From positions 193,573 through 257,572 of the forward strand of contig CAVPRZ010000006.1 in assembly GCA_963708065.1 (NCBI GenBank): a stretch of DNA of 64,000 nt, in the 5' to 3' direction. Both the position numbers and the translations under genes were made by a program. Below the pieces are notes generated by a model that saw only the letters and a list, made by a program, of their open reading frames with translations, was not told the DNA's origin and did not search any database. The DNA comes from an uncultured Chloroflexia bacterium. Lineage in GTDB: Bacteria > Chloroflexota > Limnocylindria > Limnocylindrales > CSP1-4. This document shows positions 20,026 through 33,241 of the stretch, piece after piece. The number at the start of each line of letters is the position of its first letter. Position 1 is the stretch's first letter.

Positions 20026-20669
20026 GGCTCGTCCTCCTGCAGGATCCGGACGCCGGCCGCGGCCATCTCGGCCAGCGCCCGGTCGCCGTCGCCGGCGGCC
20101 AGGTCGACCGCCCGGATCGCGCCGGCGAGCACCGTTGTGTCGTAGCCGAGCCGCGCCGCATCGAGCGCGGTGGCCTTGACGCAGTAGTCGGTCGCGAGCC
20201 CGCCGACCACGACCCGCTCCACGCCACGGGCCTCGAGCAGCCCCTGGAGCTCCGTCGGGGTGGTCGTCCCGGTCGTCGGATCGCGCATGGTGAACCCGGA
20301 GTAGCCGTCCTCCCCGTTGGCGCCCTTGCGGACGACCGGGCCGTCGACGATCAGCGCCGGGTGGAGCTCGGCGCCCCATGACCCCGCGACGCAGTGGACC
20401 GGCCAGATGCCGCCGTCCTTGGCGAAGTGCGGGGTCGACTCCGGGTGCCAGTCCTGGGTGTAGGCGATGAGCGCGCCCCCGGCGCGCGCCCGGGCGATCT
20501 CGCGGTTGAGGTATGGGACGACCTCCGCACCACCGGCGACGCTCAAGCCGCCGGCCGGATCGGCGAAGTCGTTCTGGACGTCGACGACGATGAGCGCGCT
20601 GTGCGGGTCGTAGGCGACCGCCGCCGGGCCGGCGCCGCTGACCCGGTCGGGCGATGTCTCGGAGTCCAC
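20022..20669 (-). CDS. pncA: nicotinamidase/pyrazinamidase (isochorismatase family)
   Basis: ALIVVDVQNDFADPAGGLSV, YTQDWHPESTPHF, WPVHCVAGSWGAE and GGLATDYCVKATALDA show the catalytic D/K/C arrangement and metal ligands typical of PncA. Confidence 0.85.
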   Translation of the reverse strand: MDSETSPDRVSGAGPAAVAYDPHSALIVVDVQNDFADPAGGLSVAGGAEVVPYLNREIARARAGGALIAYTQDWHPESTPHFAKDGGIWPVHCVAGSWGAELHPALIVDGPVVRKGANGEDGYSGFTMRDPTTGTTTPTELQGLLEARGVERVVVGGLATDYCVKATALDAARLGYDTTVLAGAIRAVDLAAGDGDRALAEMAAAGVRILQEDEP

Positions 20670-20716
20670 GTCCGGAGGCTACCGCACCGTGGCCGGCTCC
20701 GCCCGGTGATCAGCCA

Positions 20717-22414
20717 TCAGTCGCCCAGGAAGAACCTGGAGAAGGGCAGCCGCCGAAGCTCGGGGAACGTCTCGGCCATGTGGAGCGAGTGGCGGTTGAG
20801 GCCGAGCACGACGACGCTGGCGAGCCCGGCCAGGACCAGCTGGACGATCGTCGGTGGGCGGGCGGACAGGTTGACCGCGAGGAGGCCGATCGTCGCCACG
20901 GCGATGACGAGGTAGACCCGGAAGTGGGCCCACTCGAAGATGCTGATCCCGGTCCCCAGCCGCAGCCCGGCTTGCTTGAGGAGGTTGTGGACGACGAGGG
21001 TCAGGGTCGTCCCGACGGCCGCGCCGAGCGCGCCGAACTGGGGGATCAGGAAGAGGTTGAGGACCACGTTCGTGATCGCGGCGATCACGTTGATGACGAC
21101 GATGTAGCGGATCACCCCGAAGATCCGCAGGGTCAGCCCATTGAACCCGAGGGCCGTGTTGAAGTAGTACCCGAACGACAGCAGGGCCATGTAGACCCAT
21201 GAGTCCTCGTAACGGTGGCCGTACAGGAGCAGGGTCAGGGCCTGGGCCAGGCTGAAGGTCAGGGCGAACAGCGGGAACGACATCACCGCCATCCAGATCG
21301 CCGTCTGCCAGTACAGCTCGCGTACGCCCTCCCGATCGCGCCGGGCGTACAGCCGGGCTGCCATCGGCGTGAACAGCACCGTGAAGCTCGAGATCACCAG
21401 CGTGTTGAGCCCGGCCGCCGGCTGGACCACCCGCCACGAGGCCACCGCCTCGAGCCCCTTGAAGTGCTCGAGGAGGATCGCGTCCGAGGTGTTCAGGAAG
21501 ATGTACACCAGGTCCGTGGTCAGGAGCGGGATCGTGAACACGAGGATCTCGCGGGCGGGGATCCGGAGGGTCGACCGCCGGAACCGGGCGATGAGCCCGC
21601 GCCGGCCGAGCACCTGCCACAGGATGACCACGTAGAGCGCGATCCCGAGGGCGCCGGCCGCGACGTAGCCGACGGCAAGGAAGCCGACCCGGCTGCCGCC
21701 AAGGATGAGCAGGCCGACGACCGCGAGCCGGAGGCCCGGCCCGAGGATGTACTTGCGGAAGAAGATCGACTGCGGGCTGGCGAACACGGACATCAGCGCA
21801 GTCAGCACGTCGTCGAGCGCCTGGATCGGGGCGAGCAGGATCAGGATCAGCAGGAGCGAGACGGCCTGCGCCGAGGTCGCCGTCGCGCCGGCGATCCAAC
21901 CCTGGAACAGGTAGACCCCGACGACGAGGGCAGCCCCGAGGGCGACGATCGTCCCGGCGACCATGACGATCGTGCCGAGCAGCCGGTCGTAGTCGGCGTG
22001 CTCGTCATAGATCGACAGGAAGCGCGACACGCCCCGGTCGAGGCCGAAGGTGATGAGCGTCTGGCCGAGGGCCGCGATCGACAGGGCGTAGGCGAACGCC
22101 CCGTATTCCTCCTGGGTCAGGTAGCGGACGATCAGGATCTGGACGAGGAAGTTGACCGCCATCGACATCGTCCGGCCGACGAGCAGGAGGCTCGAGCCGC
22201 GGATCTGGCCGGTCGTCTCCTTGCGCGCCTTGGCCGGCGCCTCAGGGCCGCCGGGAGTCTCGGGCGCCGTCGCGGCGACCTGGTCCGCCTCGGCGATGGC
22301 GAGGTCGGCGACGACCGACTCGGCGGATTGGGCTTCGGGATCGGGTGTCGGCTGGGCCACGCTGGGTCGACTCCACGTGCGCTCCGCGGCCGGCGGGGAT
22401 CGTGACCGCGACAC
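20717..22414 (-). CDS. oligosaccharide/polysaccharide flippase (MOP superfamily, Wzx-like)
   Basis: 565-aa ORF with about 12-14 hydrophobic segments and an N-terminal IRGSSLLLVGRTMSMAVNFLVQILIVRYL. The first ~70 codons are Pro/Ala-rich, so the true start may be internal. Confidence 0.8.
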   Translation of the reverse strand: MSRSRSPPAAERTWSRPSVAQPTPDPEAQSAESVVADLAIAEADQVAATAPETPGGPEAPAKARKETTGQIRGSSLLLVGRTMSMAVNFLVQILIVRYLTQEEYGAFAYALSIAALGQTLITFGLDRGVSRFLSIYDEHADYDRLLGTIVMVAGTIVALGAALVVGVYLFQGWIAGATATSAQAVSLLLILILLAPIQALDDVLTALMSVFASPQSIFFRKYILGPGLRLAVVGLLILGGSRVGFLAVGYVAAGALGIALYVVILWQVLGRRGLIARFRRSTLRIPAREILVFTIPLLTTDLVYIFLNTSDAILLEHFKGLEAVASWRVVQPAAGLNTLVISSFTVLFTPMAARLYARRDREGVRELYWQTAIWMAVMSFPLFALTFSLAQALTLLLYGHRYEDSWVYMALLSFGYYFNTALGFNGLTLRIFGVIRYIVVINVIAAITNVVLNLFLIPQFGALGAAVGTTLTLVVHNLLKQAGLRLGTGISIFEWAHFRVYLVIAVATIGLLAVNLSARPPTIVQLVLAGLASVVVLGLNRHSLHMAETFPELRRLPFSRFFLGD

Positions 22415-22427
22415 GTCGGAGCGGCGA

Positions 22428-22442
22428 GGATACCCGGTATCC
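22428..22442. promoter_or_regulatory. 15-bp perfect palindrome GGATACC-C-GGTATCC upstream of aceE Confidence 0.
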
Positions 22443-22601
22443 GGGAGCCGGACCCCGCCCGCGGGCCGGCGCGTTGATCGGGCGCACCGACCCGCAGGTC
22501 GGACAAGGTTGCGGGACGGTCCGGGCCAAACCGATTAGAGTGCGGTCCGGCCGGACCCGCAGCGAGCCGCGGGCACGACCGCGAGGGAGCGCCCCAGACC
22601 C

Positions 22602-25284
22602 ATGTACTTCGACGAGTTCAAGCAGCAGCTGCCCGACATCGACGAGGCGGAGACCGCCGAGTGGCTCGAATCGCTCGACGAGGTCGTCCACGACGAGGGC
22701 GAGAACCGGGCCCGGTTCCTCATGTTCAAGCTGCTCAAGCGGGCGCGCCAGCTCCACGTCGGCCTGCCGCCGCTGACCCAGACGCGCTACATCAACACGA
22801 TCAGCCCGGAGCAGGAGCCGTTCTTCCCCGGCGACGAGGAGCTCGAGCGGCGGATCCGCCGGCTCGTCCGCTGGAACGCGGTCGCGATGGTCCTCCGGGC
22901 GAACTCGCGCTACCCGGGGATCGGCGGTCACCTCGCCACGTACGCCTCGGCGGCCTCGCTCTACGAGGTCGGCTTCAACCACTTCTTCCGGGGCAAGGAC
23001 GAGGACGCCGGGGACCACATCTACTACCAGGGCCATGCCGCGCCCGGGATCTACGCCCGGGCCTTCCTCGAGGGCCGCCTGACCGAGGACCAGCTCGACC
23101 ACTTCCGGCGCGAGGTCGTCCCCGGCCAGGGGCTCAGCTCGTACCCGCACCCGCGCCTGATGCCCGACTTCTGGGAGTTCCCGACTGTCTCGATGGGGAT
23201 CGGCCCGATCAGCGCGATCTACCAGGCCCGGTTCAACCGCTACCTCCAGAACCGCGGCCTCAAGGACACGTCGGGGTCGCGGGTCTGGGCGTTCCTCGGC
23301 GACGGCGAGATGGACGAGCCCGAGTCGATCGCCGGGCTGTCACTCGCGGCGCGCGAGGGGCTCGACAACCTGACCTTCGTCGTCAACTGCAACCTCCAGC
23401 GCCTCGACGGTCCCGTCCGCGGCAACGGCAAGATCATCCAGGAGCTCGAAGGCCTGTTCCGCGGCGCCGGCTGGAACGTGATCAAGGTGATCTGGGGCCG
23501 CGAGTGGGACGATCTCCTCGCGCGCGACGTCGACGGCGTCCTCGTCGAGCAGATGAACGAGACCCTCGACGGCGAGTTCCAGAAGTTCTCGGTCGCCGGC
23601 GGGGCGTACATCCGCGAGCACTTCTTCGGGCCCGACCCGCGCCTCCGCCGGCTCGTCGAGCACCTCACCGACGACGACCTGGCCAAGCTCCGTCGGGGCG
23701 GCCACGACTACCGCAAGGTGTACGCCGCGTACAAGGCGGCGACGGAGTACGTCGGGGCGCCGACGGTGATCCTCGCCCACACGATCAAGGGCTGGACGCT
23801 CGGACCGGGGGTCGAGGCGCGCAACATCACCCACCAGGCCAAGAAGCTGTCCGAGGCCGAGCTCAGGATCTTCCGCGACCGGCTCGAGCTGCCGATCCCC
23901 GACTCCGCCCTCAAGGACGCCCCGTACTACCACCCCGGCACCGATTCCGAGGAGGTCAGCTACCTCCGCGAGCGGCGCGCGGCGCTCGGCGGCTCGCTCC
24001 CGAAGCGGGTCGTCCGCGCGAAGCTGTTCCCGGCCGTCGGACCCGGGTTCGATGCCGAGTTCGCGGCCGGCAGCCCCACGCCGGTGTCGACGACGATGGT
24101 CTTCGCCCGGATCCTGCGCAACCTGATCCGCGACAAGGAGCTCGGACCGCGGATCGTCCCGATCGTGCCCGACGAGGCGCGGACGTTCGGGCTCGACCCG
24201 CTGTTCAAGGAGGTCGGGATCTACGCCGCGCTGGGACAGCGCTACGAGCCGGTCGACTCGGAGCTCGTGCTGAGCTATCGCGAGGCGCGGGACGGGCAGG
24301 TCCTCGAGGAGGGCATCACCGAGGCCGGTTCGATGGCCAGCTTCACCGCTGCGGCCACCGCGTACTCGACCCAGGGCGTGGCGATGATCCCCTTCTACAT
24401 CTTCTACTCGATGTTCGGCTTCCAGCGGACCGGGGACCAGGCCTGGGCGCTCGGGGATGCCCGCGGGCGCGGGTTCATGATGGGCGCCACCGCCGGCCGA
24501 ACGACTCTTCACGGCGAGGGCCTCCAGCACGACGACGGGCACAGCCACCTGCTCGCCTCGACGATCCCGTCGCTGCGGGCCTACGACCCGGCTTACGCCT
24601 ACGAGCTGGCGGCCGTCGTCCGCGACGGGATCGAGCGGATGTACGTCCGCGGCGAGGACGTCTACTACTACGTCACGATCTACAACGAGAACTACCCGAT
24701 GGCGCCCAAGCCGGGCGACGTCGACGAAGGCATCGTCCGTGGCATCTACCGCTTCTCCGGGCCGCCGGAGGGCGTCGCCGGCAAGGGCGGCCACGTCCGG
24801 CTCGTCGGGAGCGGCTCGATCCTCCAGCAGGTCGTCGAGGCCCAGCGGATCCTCGGCGAGCGGTTTGGCGTGGCGGCCGAGGTCTACAGCGCGCCGTCGT
24901 TCCAGCAGCTCCGCCGGGATGCCGTGGACGTCGACCGCTGGAACCGGCTCCATCCCGACGCGCGAGGCACGCGTCCCGTACGTGAGCCGGGTCCTGGGCC
25001 CGGACGGCGGGCCGGTCGTCATCGCCTCCGACTGGCTCAAGGCGATCCCCGATCTCGTCCGGCCGTGGCTGCCGCCGGGCACCGAGACCCTCGGGACCGA
25101 CGGCTTCGGCCGGAGCGACGATCGCGAGGCCCTCCGCGCCCTGTTCGAGATCGACGGCCCCAGCATTGCCGCCGCCGCCCTGGCGGGCCTGGCCCGCTCG
25201 GGGGCGATGCCGGGGCGCAAGGCCGCGAAGGGGATCGCCGACCTCGGGATCGACCCGGCCAAGACGGACCCGCTCGCCCTGTGA
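22602..25284 (+). CDS. aceE: pyruvate dehydrogenase E1 component (homodimeric AceE type); frameshifted near 24960 as sequenced
   Basis: ATG 22602. The protein is conserved along its length (TRYINTI, GGHLATYASAA, GDGEMDEPES, NCNLQRLDGPVRGNGK, HGEGLQHDDGHSH). After ...RWNRLHPDA the conserved C-terminus EARVPYVSRVLG...LGTDGFGRSDDREALRALFEID continues in ORF 24739..25284. Confidence 0.9.
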
Positions 25285-25906
25285 AGCGGACGATCTCGGT
25301 CGTCGGGACCGGTCGCGCCGTGACCGTCCCGGACATCGCCGACGTCCGCCTCGGGGTGGCCGTCACCCGCCCGACCGTCGCCGAGGCGCGGAGCGCGGCG
25401 GCCGAGATCGCAACCCGGATCCGCGACGCCGTGACCGCGCTCGGCGTCAGCGCTCGGACCTCCGGACCTCGTCCCTCGTCGTCCAGCCCGAGTACGACTA
25501 CAGGGACGGCGTCCAGCAGCTCCGCGGGCAGTCGGTGACCCACCAGTACGTCGTCGTCGTGCGCGACCTCGAGCGCCTCGGACCGATCGTCGACGGCGGC
25601 CTCGCCGCCGGGGCGACGACCCTCGACGGGGTCGGCTTCCGGACGGCCGATCCGGCCTCGGCCCAGGCCGCCGCGCGGGTCGCCGCGTTCGCCGACGCCC
25701 GGGCGCGCGCCGAGGGGCTCGCGAAGGAGGCCGGGGTCGCCCTCGGGCCGGTCATGGCGATCGCCGAGACCGAGCCGGCCGGGATCCCTCGCCCGCTCGG
25801 TCTCGGGAAGGTGGCCCTGATGCGGACCGAGGCCGCGCCGACGCCGGTCGAGGCCGGCGAGGGCGAGGTCGTCGTCCAGCTGTCGGTCGTCTTCGCCATC
25901 GCCTAG
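25281..25906 (+). CDS. SIMPL/DUF541 family protein (no signal peptide); frameshifted near 25456 as sequenced
   Basis: GTG 25281 overlaps the aceE stop (GTGA). VKRTISVVGTGRAVTVPDIADVRLGV... (tail of ORF 22602..25538) continues in ORF 25166..25906 as DLRTSSLVVQPEYDYRDG...VEAGEGEVVVQLSVVFAI. Confidence 0.75.
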
Positions 25907-26091
25907 GGCGACTGCCTTTCCGGGCTCGCGGCCGCGCGCGGCCTCGGGCCGCCCGAGGCTGCCCGGTGCCCGCCGGGTCGGTGCGGTGGCGCACCACGGC
26001 ACGATCGCCGGGAGGGAACCGGCACGCCGGTCGTCACGTCTCGGGGCCACGCGGCCACCCATCCGGCCGCACGAGCCACGGAGCTGCCCCG

Positions 26092-28295
<2,204 letters not shown>

Positions 28296-28358
28296 TCCGA
28301 CAGGGTAGTCGAACGGCTATCGTTGGGCACCGGACCACGCAGCGGAGGACCCGGCGGG

Positions 28359-28697
28359 ATGGACGCATTCGACCTCGCGAGCCTCGAATCCCGGCGGGCC
28401 GCCGGCGGCCGGCCGTACCTCGAGTTCCTCCGGGTGCCCGCGCTGAGCGCCGGCCTCTACACGCTCGAGGCGGGCGCGGTCGACGGCCAGTCGCCCCATA
28501 CCGAGGACGAGGTCTACGTGGTCATGACCGGCCGCGCCCGGGTCACCGTGGGCGACGAGGTCCGCGACGTCGGCCCGGGCTCGGTCGTCTACGTCGCGGC
28601 CACCGTCCCGCACCACTTCCACGACATCACCGAGCGCCTCGAGATCCTGGTCGTGTTCGCCCCGGCGGAGTGGTCGCTGGCCGCCCCGTCGTCATGA
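28359..28697 (+). CDS. cupin domain-containing protein
   Basis: ATG 28359. The 112-aa product has QSPHTEDEVYVVMTGRARVTVGDE...GPGSVVYVAATVPHHF, which contains cupin motifs 1 and 2. Confidence 0.7.
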   Translation: MDAFDLASLESRRAAGGRPYLEFLRVPALSAGLYTLEAGAVDGQSPHTEDEVYVVMTGRARVTVGDEVRDVGPGSVVYVAATVPHHFHDITERLEILVVFAPAEWSLAAPSS

Positions 28698-29429
28698 CCG
28701 TGCGGGGCTGAGCCGCTCCGCGAGGGCGATCGCCCGACCCGGCGAGATCCCCGTCTCGTCGTGGCGGAAGAAGGCGTAGGCGTCGAGGCCGGCGTCGAGG
28801 AACGGGGCGACCCTCGCTGCCCACGCGTCGAGATCGGCGTCCGGGTAGGCCGTCCGCCGGAGGCGGAGGTAGAGGAACGACCCGGTGACCCGGACGAACG
28901 GCGGCTCGTCCATCTCGTCGAGGTCGGTCGCGCACAGGACCGCAGCGTGCGCTCGGAGCAGCTCGAACGTCTCGTCGACGTGCCACGTCCCGTGCTGGAA
29001 CTCCAGCGTCAGCGGGAACCGAGGCGGCCACAGGTCGAGGAGCCGGGCCAGCCGGTCGTGGCGCTCCTCGGTCCGGGCCACCTCGCCGGGGACCCGGTAG
29101 AGCACGCTGCCGAGGCGCTCCCCGAACAGGTCGAAGGGGCGGGTGAGCCAGGCCACGCTCTCGGCCTGGTCGTCGCCGAGCAGGGCCCGCAGCGCGCCGC
29201 CCCGCTGGGCCTTGACGACGAACCGGAACGACTCGGGCGTCCGGGCCAGCCAGCCCCGGACTGCCGACTCGGTCGGCTGGCGGTAGAACGTGTTGTTGAG
29301 CTCGCAGGCGGTCAGCCGCTCGGCGTACGAGCGAAGGAGGTCCTCACTGCGGAGCCCGGCGGGGTAGAACGCCGGCGCCCAGGCCGGGTAGGCGAAGCCG
29401 CTCGTCCCGACCCGGAGCGTCCCGCTCAC
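28692..29429 (-). CDS. DUF72 (YecE-like) domain-containing protein
   Basis: GTG 29429 overlaps the upstream stop (GTGA). LRVGTSGFAYPAWAPAFYP...ELNNTFYRQP...FRFVVKAQRG...LEFQHGTW is the DUF72 signature. Confidence 0.8.
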   Translation of the reverse strand: MSGTLRVGTSGFAYPAWAPAFYPAGLRSEDLLRSYAERLTACELNNTFYRQPTESAVRGWLARTPESFRFVVKAQRGGALRALLGDDQAESVAWLTRPFDLFGERLGSVLYRVPGEVARTEERHDRLARLLDLWPPRFPLTLEFQHGTWHVDETFELLRAHAAVLCATDLDEMDEPPFVRVTGSFLYLRLRRTAYPDADLDAWAARVAPFLDAGLDAYAFFRHDETGISPGRAIALAERLSPARS

Positions 29430-30517
29430 GCCGGTGGCTCCACCGCGCGCCCGCGGCCACGATCGAGCCGGAGGACACGCAGGGCGTTCTCGCGGTAGAC
29501 CGCGCGCAGGACGTCGTCGGGCAGCCCGAGCCCGTGGACCTGCCAGCGACCCTGCCCCGGGACCTCGTCGGTCGAGTAGTCGAACGACTCGTCCGAGGTC
29601 TCGAGGAAGCGGTAGTGGAGCCGGTAGACCGCGGCGTCCGCGGGCGCGTCCGTCCCGAACAGGATCCGGTCGGGGTGGCGGACGAAGAACGCCCGGGCGG
29701 TGTACGGCTGGCGCCCGAGCTCGGCCAGCCGGGCCGCGATGTCGACGAAGAGGTTCGGGTGAGCGTCGAGCATCCGCGAGACCAGCCCGAGGTCCTCGGC
29801 GGCGCAGCCGACGTGGGCTCCGACGAACGTCGTCGCGGGATGCCGCCCGACGAGCCGGTCGAACGCCGCCAGGAGCTCGTCGAACGGCGGGAACCCGGGG
29901 GCGTCGGGCCGGCCCGCCGGTCGGGTCGGCCAGAAGTGCCAGTCCGGGTGCTCGGTCAGCTCCTCGTAGCGCTCGTTCGTGGGGTCGAGCGGCTGGAAGA
30001 AGGCGACCGGATCGGCGATGTGGATGACGACCGGGAGGTCGAGCTCGGCGGCCGTCGCCCACACCGGGTCGAGACGCTCGTCGTCAACGGCGACGAGCCC
30101 GCCGAGTGGGTCGCGCGCCCGCAGCCCGAGGGTCTTCCAGACCTTGAGCCCGCGCGCACCGCGGGCGACCGAGTCGCGGAGGCGAGCGGCCTCCGTCTCC
30201 CCGAATGCGGCGTCGGTCCGCCAGGCCTCGTAGTCGAGACCGGCGAACACGACGAGCCGTTCGGGCGCCCGCGCCTGCCAGCGGTCGACCTCCGCGGACA
30301 GCTGGTCGCCGGCCGCGCCGTCGAGATCGACCAGCATCTCGACGCCCGCCTCGTCGAGGACCGCCAGGAGCTCGTCGACCGGTCGCTCCGCCCACGACCC
30401 CCCGAACGCCGCGCCGAGATGATTGTGGGCATCGATGACCGGGAACCGCGGCCGACGGACCTCGTGAACCGGCCCGCGGCGGGCCGACCGGGGCCGATAG
30501 TCGGCCAGCCGGATCAC
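29426..30517 (-). CDS. amidohydrolase family protein (Amidohydro_2-type TIM-barrel metal hydrolase)
   Basis: GTG 30517 overlaps the SIS gene stop. PVIDAHNHLG, LPVVIHIADP, FVGAHVG and ILFGTDAP give an H-x-H ... H ... D metal-ligand pattern. Confidence 0.8.
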   Translation of the reverse strand: MIRLADYRPRSARRGPVHEVRRPRFPVIDAHNHLGAAFGGSWAERPVDELLAVLDEAGVEMLVDLDGAAGDQLSAEVDRWQARAPERLVVFAGLDYEAWRTDAAFGETEAARLRDSVARGARGLKVWKTLGLRARDPLGGLVAVDDERLDPVWATAAELDLPVVIHIADPVAFFQPLDPTNERYEELTEHPDWHFWPTRPAGRPDAPGFPPFDELLAAFDRLVGRHPATTFVGAHVGCAAEDLGLVSRMLDAHPNLFVDIAARLAELGRQPYTARAFFVRHPDRILFGTDAPADAAVYRLHYRFLETSDESFDYSTDEVPGQGRWQVHGLGLPDDVLRAVYRENALRVLRLDRGRGRAVEPPA

Positions 30518-31605
30518 GCCGGGTCGAGGATGACCACCTGGCCGAGATGGCGCGGCGCGTCGGGATCGCGGCCGCGCGCGAGGGCCAGGGTGAGCGCCAG
30601 GGCGTGGGCGGGGTAGACGAGCAGCGGCAGCCGCGCCCACGGGTGGAGCCCGCTGCCAACGAGCGAGATCCAGCCGGCGAGGCCGCGGTCGTCGTCGGCC
30701 TCCCGTCCGATCAGCCACGTCTCGGCGCCCAGGCCACCGGCCTCGCGCAGGACGCGCGCCTCCTCCTGGGCTCCGGGACCGCCGATCAGCCCGACGATGA
30801 GGACGCCCGGCTCGCAGACCGAGATCGGGCCGTGGCGGAACTCGAGCGGCTCGTAGGCCTCGGTCGCGACCTGGCTCGTCTCGGTCAGCTTGAGGCACCA
30901 CTCCGCGGCGATGCCGCGGGCCGGCCCCCCACCGAGGACGACGATCCGCTCGTGGTCGACCGACCCCAGCCGGTGGCCGACGTCGGCGGCCGCGACCGCC
31001 TCGGGCCAGCGCTCGGGCATCCGGTCGAGGTCGTCGGCCAGGGACCGGTCGGAGGCCGTTCCGGCGATCACCCGGAGCAGGAGCGCGAGCATGCTCGCGA
31101 ACGAGCGGGTCATGACGATCGCCGATTCGTTCCCGGTCGGAGAGACGAGGACCCGGTGGACGCGTCCGGCCAGGGGGCTGTTCCCGCGGCACGTCACGGC
31201 GATCGTCGGGTGGCCGGCGGCACGGACGCGATCGACGACGTCGAGCGCCTCGGACGTCGACCCGGAACGGGAGATGATCACGACGACCTGGCGGCCCGGG
31301 TTGCCCGGGGCGAAGACGCCACCCGGGCGGAGCATGAGCTCCGACAGCGGCGCCGCGATCGCCAGCTTGCCGCTCGTCTCGCGGAGCACGGCCGCGGCCA
31401 CCTGGGCGAGGTAGTAGGACGAGCCGGCCCCCGTGAGGACGACCCGCTCGGCGCCGGCGAGCATGAGCCCGATCTCGCGATCGCTCGCCCGCGCCGCCTC
31501 GAGCGCGGCGCTGATCGCATCGCCCGAGGTCGACGCCTCGCGCCAGGTGCGGAGGCGGTCAAGGGTCGGAAGCGGCGGTCCGGCGACGGGTGGCCGGTCG
31601 GTCAT
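30514..31605 (-). CDS. double-SIS-domain sugar-phosphate isomerase/deaminase/deglycase (AgaS/FrlB/GlmS-C-like)
   Basis: ATG 31605 overlaps the GntR stop (ATGA). VVLTGAGSSYYLAQ and VVVIISRSGSTSEAL form SIS 1, and a second SIS half carries LGGGPARGIAAEWCLKLTE. Confidence 0.8.
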   Translation of the reverse strand: MTDRPPVAGPPLPTLDRLRTWREASTSGDAISAALEAARASDREIGLMLAGAERVVLTGAGSSYYLAQVAAAVLRETSGKLAIAAPLSELMLRPGGVFAPGNPGRQVVVIISRSGSTSEALDVVDRVRAAGHPTIAVTCRGNSPLAGRVHRVLVSPTGNESAIVMTRSFASMLALLLRVIAGTASDRSLADDLDRMPERWPEAVAAADVGHRLGSVDHERIVVLGGGPARGIAAEWCLKLTETSQVATEAYEPLEFRHGPISVCEPGVLIVGLIGGPGAQEEARVLREAGGLGAETWLIGREADDDRGLAGWISLVGSGLHPWARLPLLVYPAHALALTLALARGRDPDAPRHLGQVVILDPA

Positions 31606-32333
31606 CGGTCGCGGAGCTCCACGGCGTAACGATAGCGGTCTCCGCGGACGGTGCTGCGGCAATGCTCGATCGGCTGGTCGTCCTGGTCCCAGGCGACGCG
31701 CTCGACCCGGAGCGCCGGCTCGCTCCGCCGCTGCCCGAGGAGCCGTGCCTCGCCGGCCGTGAGGAGGATGGGCTCGAACGTCTCGCGGGCGCGGGTCGGC
31801 CGGCAGCCGTACACGGTGGTCAGCGTGTCGTACAGGCGAACGGCTCCGAAGTCGACCCGTTCGAGACCCGGGAAGCGCGCGGCCGGGAGCCGGCTCGTCT
31901 CGACGACGATCGGCTCGTCGTCGGCCAGGCGGATCCTGCGAAGGGCGACGACCGCGGTCCCCGCATCGATGCCCAGTGCCTCCGCGACGCCCTCCTCGGC
32001 CGGCTCGATGGTCAGCCCGAGGACCCGCGTGCCCGGCGTGTGGCCGCCGCGCTCGATCTCACGGCTGAAGGAGTAGAAGCCGCCGATCGTATGCTCGAAG
32101 CGGGCTGGGGCGACGTACGTCCCGAGGCCGCGCCGGACCTCGACGGCCCCGGCCGCGATGAGCCCGCCGAGCGCCTGGCGGACGGTCGCCCGGCTGACCC
32201 CGTAGCGCTCCATGAGCTCGAGCTCGGTCGGGACACGGGCGCCCGGGGCCAGCTCGCCGGCCCGGATCCGGTCGCGCAGGTCCGCCTCGATCCGGCGATA
32301 GAGCGGCCGACTGTCGACGCCGGTCACGGTCAC
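31602..32333 (-). CDS. GntR family transcriptional regulator, HutC subfamily (wHTH + UTRA)
   Basis: GTG 32333 overlaps the permease stop (GTGA). PLYRRIEADLRDRIRAGELAPGARVPTELELMERYGVSRATVRQAL is followed by a UTRA-like effector domain. Confidence 0.85.
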   Translation of the reverse strand: MTVTGVDSRPLYRRIEADLRDRIRAGELAPGARVPTELELMERYGVSRATVRQALGGLIAAGAVEVRRGLGTYVAPARFEHTIGGFYSFSREIERGGHTPGTRVLGLTIEPAEEGVAEALGIDAGTAVVALRRIRLADDEPIVVETSRLPAARFPGLERVDFGAVRLYDTLTTVYGCRPTRARETFEPILLTAGEARLLGQRRSEPALRVERVAWDQDDQPIEHCRSTVRGDRYRYAVELRDR

Positions 32334-33241
32334 CCCTTGATCCCGGTCATGGCGATCCCGCGGACGAACTGCCGTTGGGCGATCACGAACAGGAGGATCA
32401 TCGGGATCACGCTCACGAGGGCGCCGGCCATCAGCAGCGGCCAGCGCCCGACGTACTGGCCCTGGAACAGCGACAGCCCCGCGGTCAGCGTCAACGAGTC
32501 GATGTCGCGCAGGTAGATGATCGGATCGATCAGGTCGTTCCAGGTCCACATGAACGTGAAGATGGCCAGGGTGGCGAGGGCCGGCTTGGCCAGCGGCAGG
32601 TAGATGTAGCGGTAGATGTGCCATGGGTTGGCTCCGTCGACCCGGGCGGCATCGGCGAGCTCGTGAGGGATCGCCAGGAAGAACTGGCGGAGGAGGAACG
32701 TCCCGAACGCCCCGCCGAGGAACGCTCCGACCCACAGCGGCTCCTGGGTCCCGATCCAGTTGCCGCTCGCGCTCGCCGGGTGCGGCAGGAGCCGGTACAG
32801 GACGAAGTTGGGGACGAGGACGACCTGGAACGGGATGATCAGGGTCACGAGGAGGAGGGCGAACAGCGGCTCGCGGAAGCGGAAGCGGAGGGCGGCGAAG
32901 GCGAACGCCGCCATCGAGCAGCTGACCAGCTGGCCGATCGTGTTGAGCGCAGCCAGCTTGACCGAGTTGAGGAAGAACGTCGCGAACGGCAGCGCGGACC
33001 ACATGTCCGGGTAGTTCGACCACTGCGGGACCCGGGGCAGGATCGTCGGCGGGATCGCGAAGACCTCCGCCCGGGTCTTGAGCGAGGTCGTGATCATCCA
33101 CAGGAACGGGATCATCATCAGGAGACCGCCGGCGACCAGCAGTCCGATGAGCAGGGCCCGTCGCGTCGCCCGGAGGCGGCGAGCGCGCACGGCGGCGGCG
33201 GCCTCGACGCGCACCTGGGCGGTCGTCTGCGTGGCGCTCAC
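32330..33241 (-). CDS. carbohydrate ABC transporter permease (MalG-like)
   Basis: GTG 33241 overlaps the upstream stop (GTGA). MMIPFLWMITTSLK and DAARVDGANPWHIYRYIYLPLAKPAL (EAA loop) are present. Confidence 0.85.
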   Translation of the reverse strand: MSATQTTAQVRVEAAAAVRARRLRATRRALLIGLLVAGGLLMMIPFLWMITTSLKTRAEVFAIPPTILPRVPQWSNYPDMWSALPFATFFLNSVKLAALNTIGQLVSCSMAAFAFAALRFRFREPLFALLLVTLIIPFQVVLVPNFVLYRLLPHPASASGNWIGTQEPLWVGAFLGGAFGTFLLRQFFLAIPHELADAARVDGANPWHIYRYIYLPLAKPALATLAIFTFMWTWNDLIDPIIYLRDIDSLTLTAGLSLFQGQYVGRWPLLMAGALVSVIPMILLFVIAQRQFVRGIAMTGIKG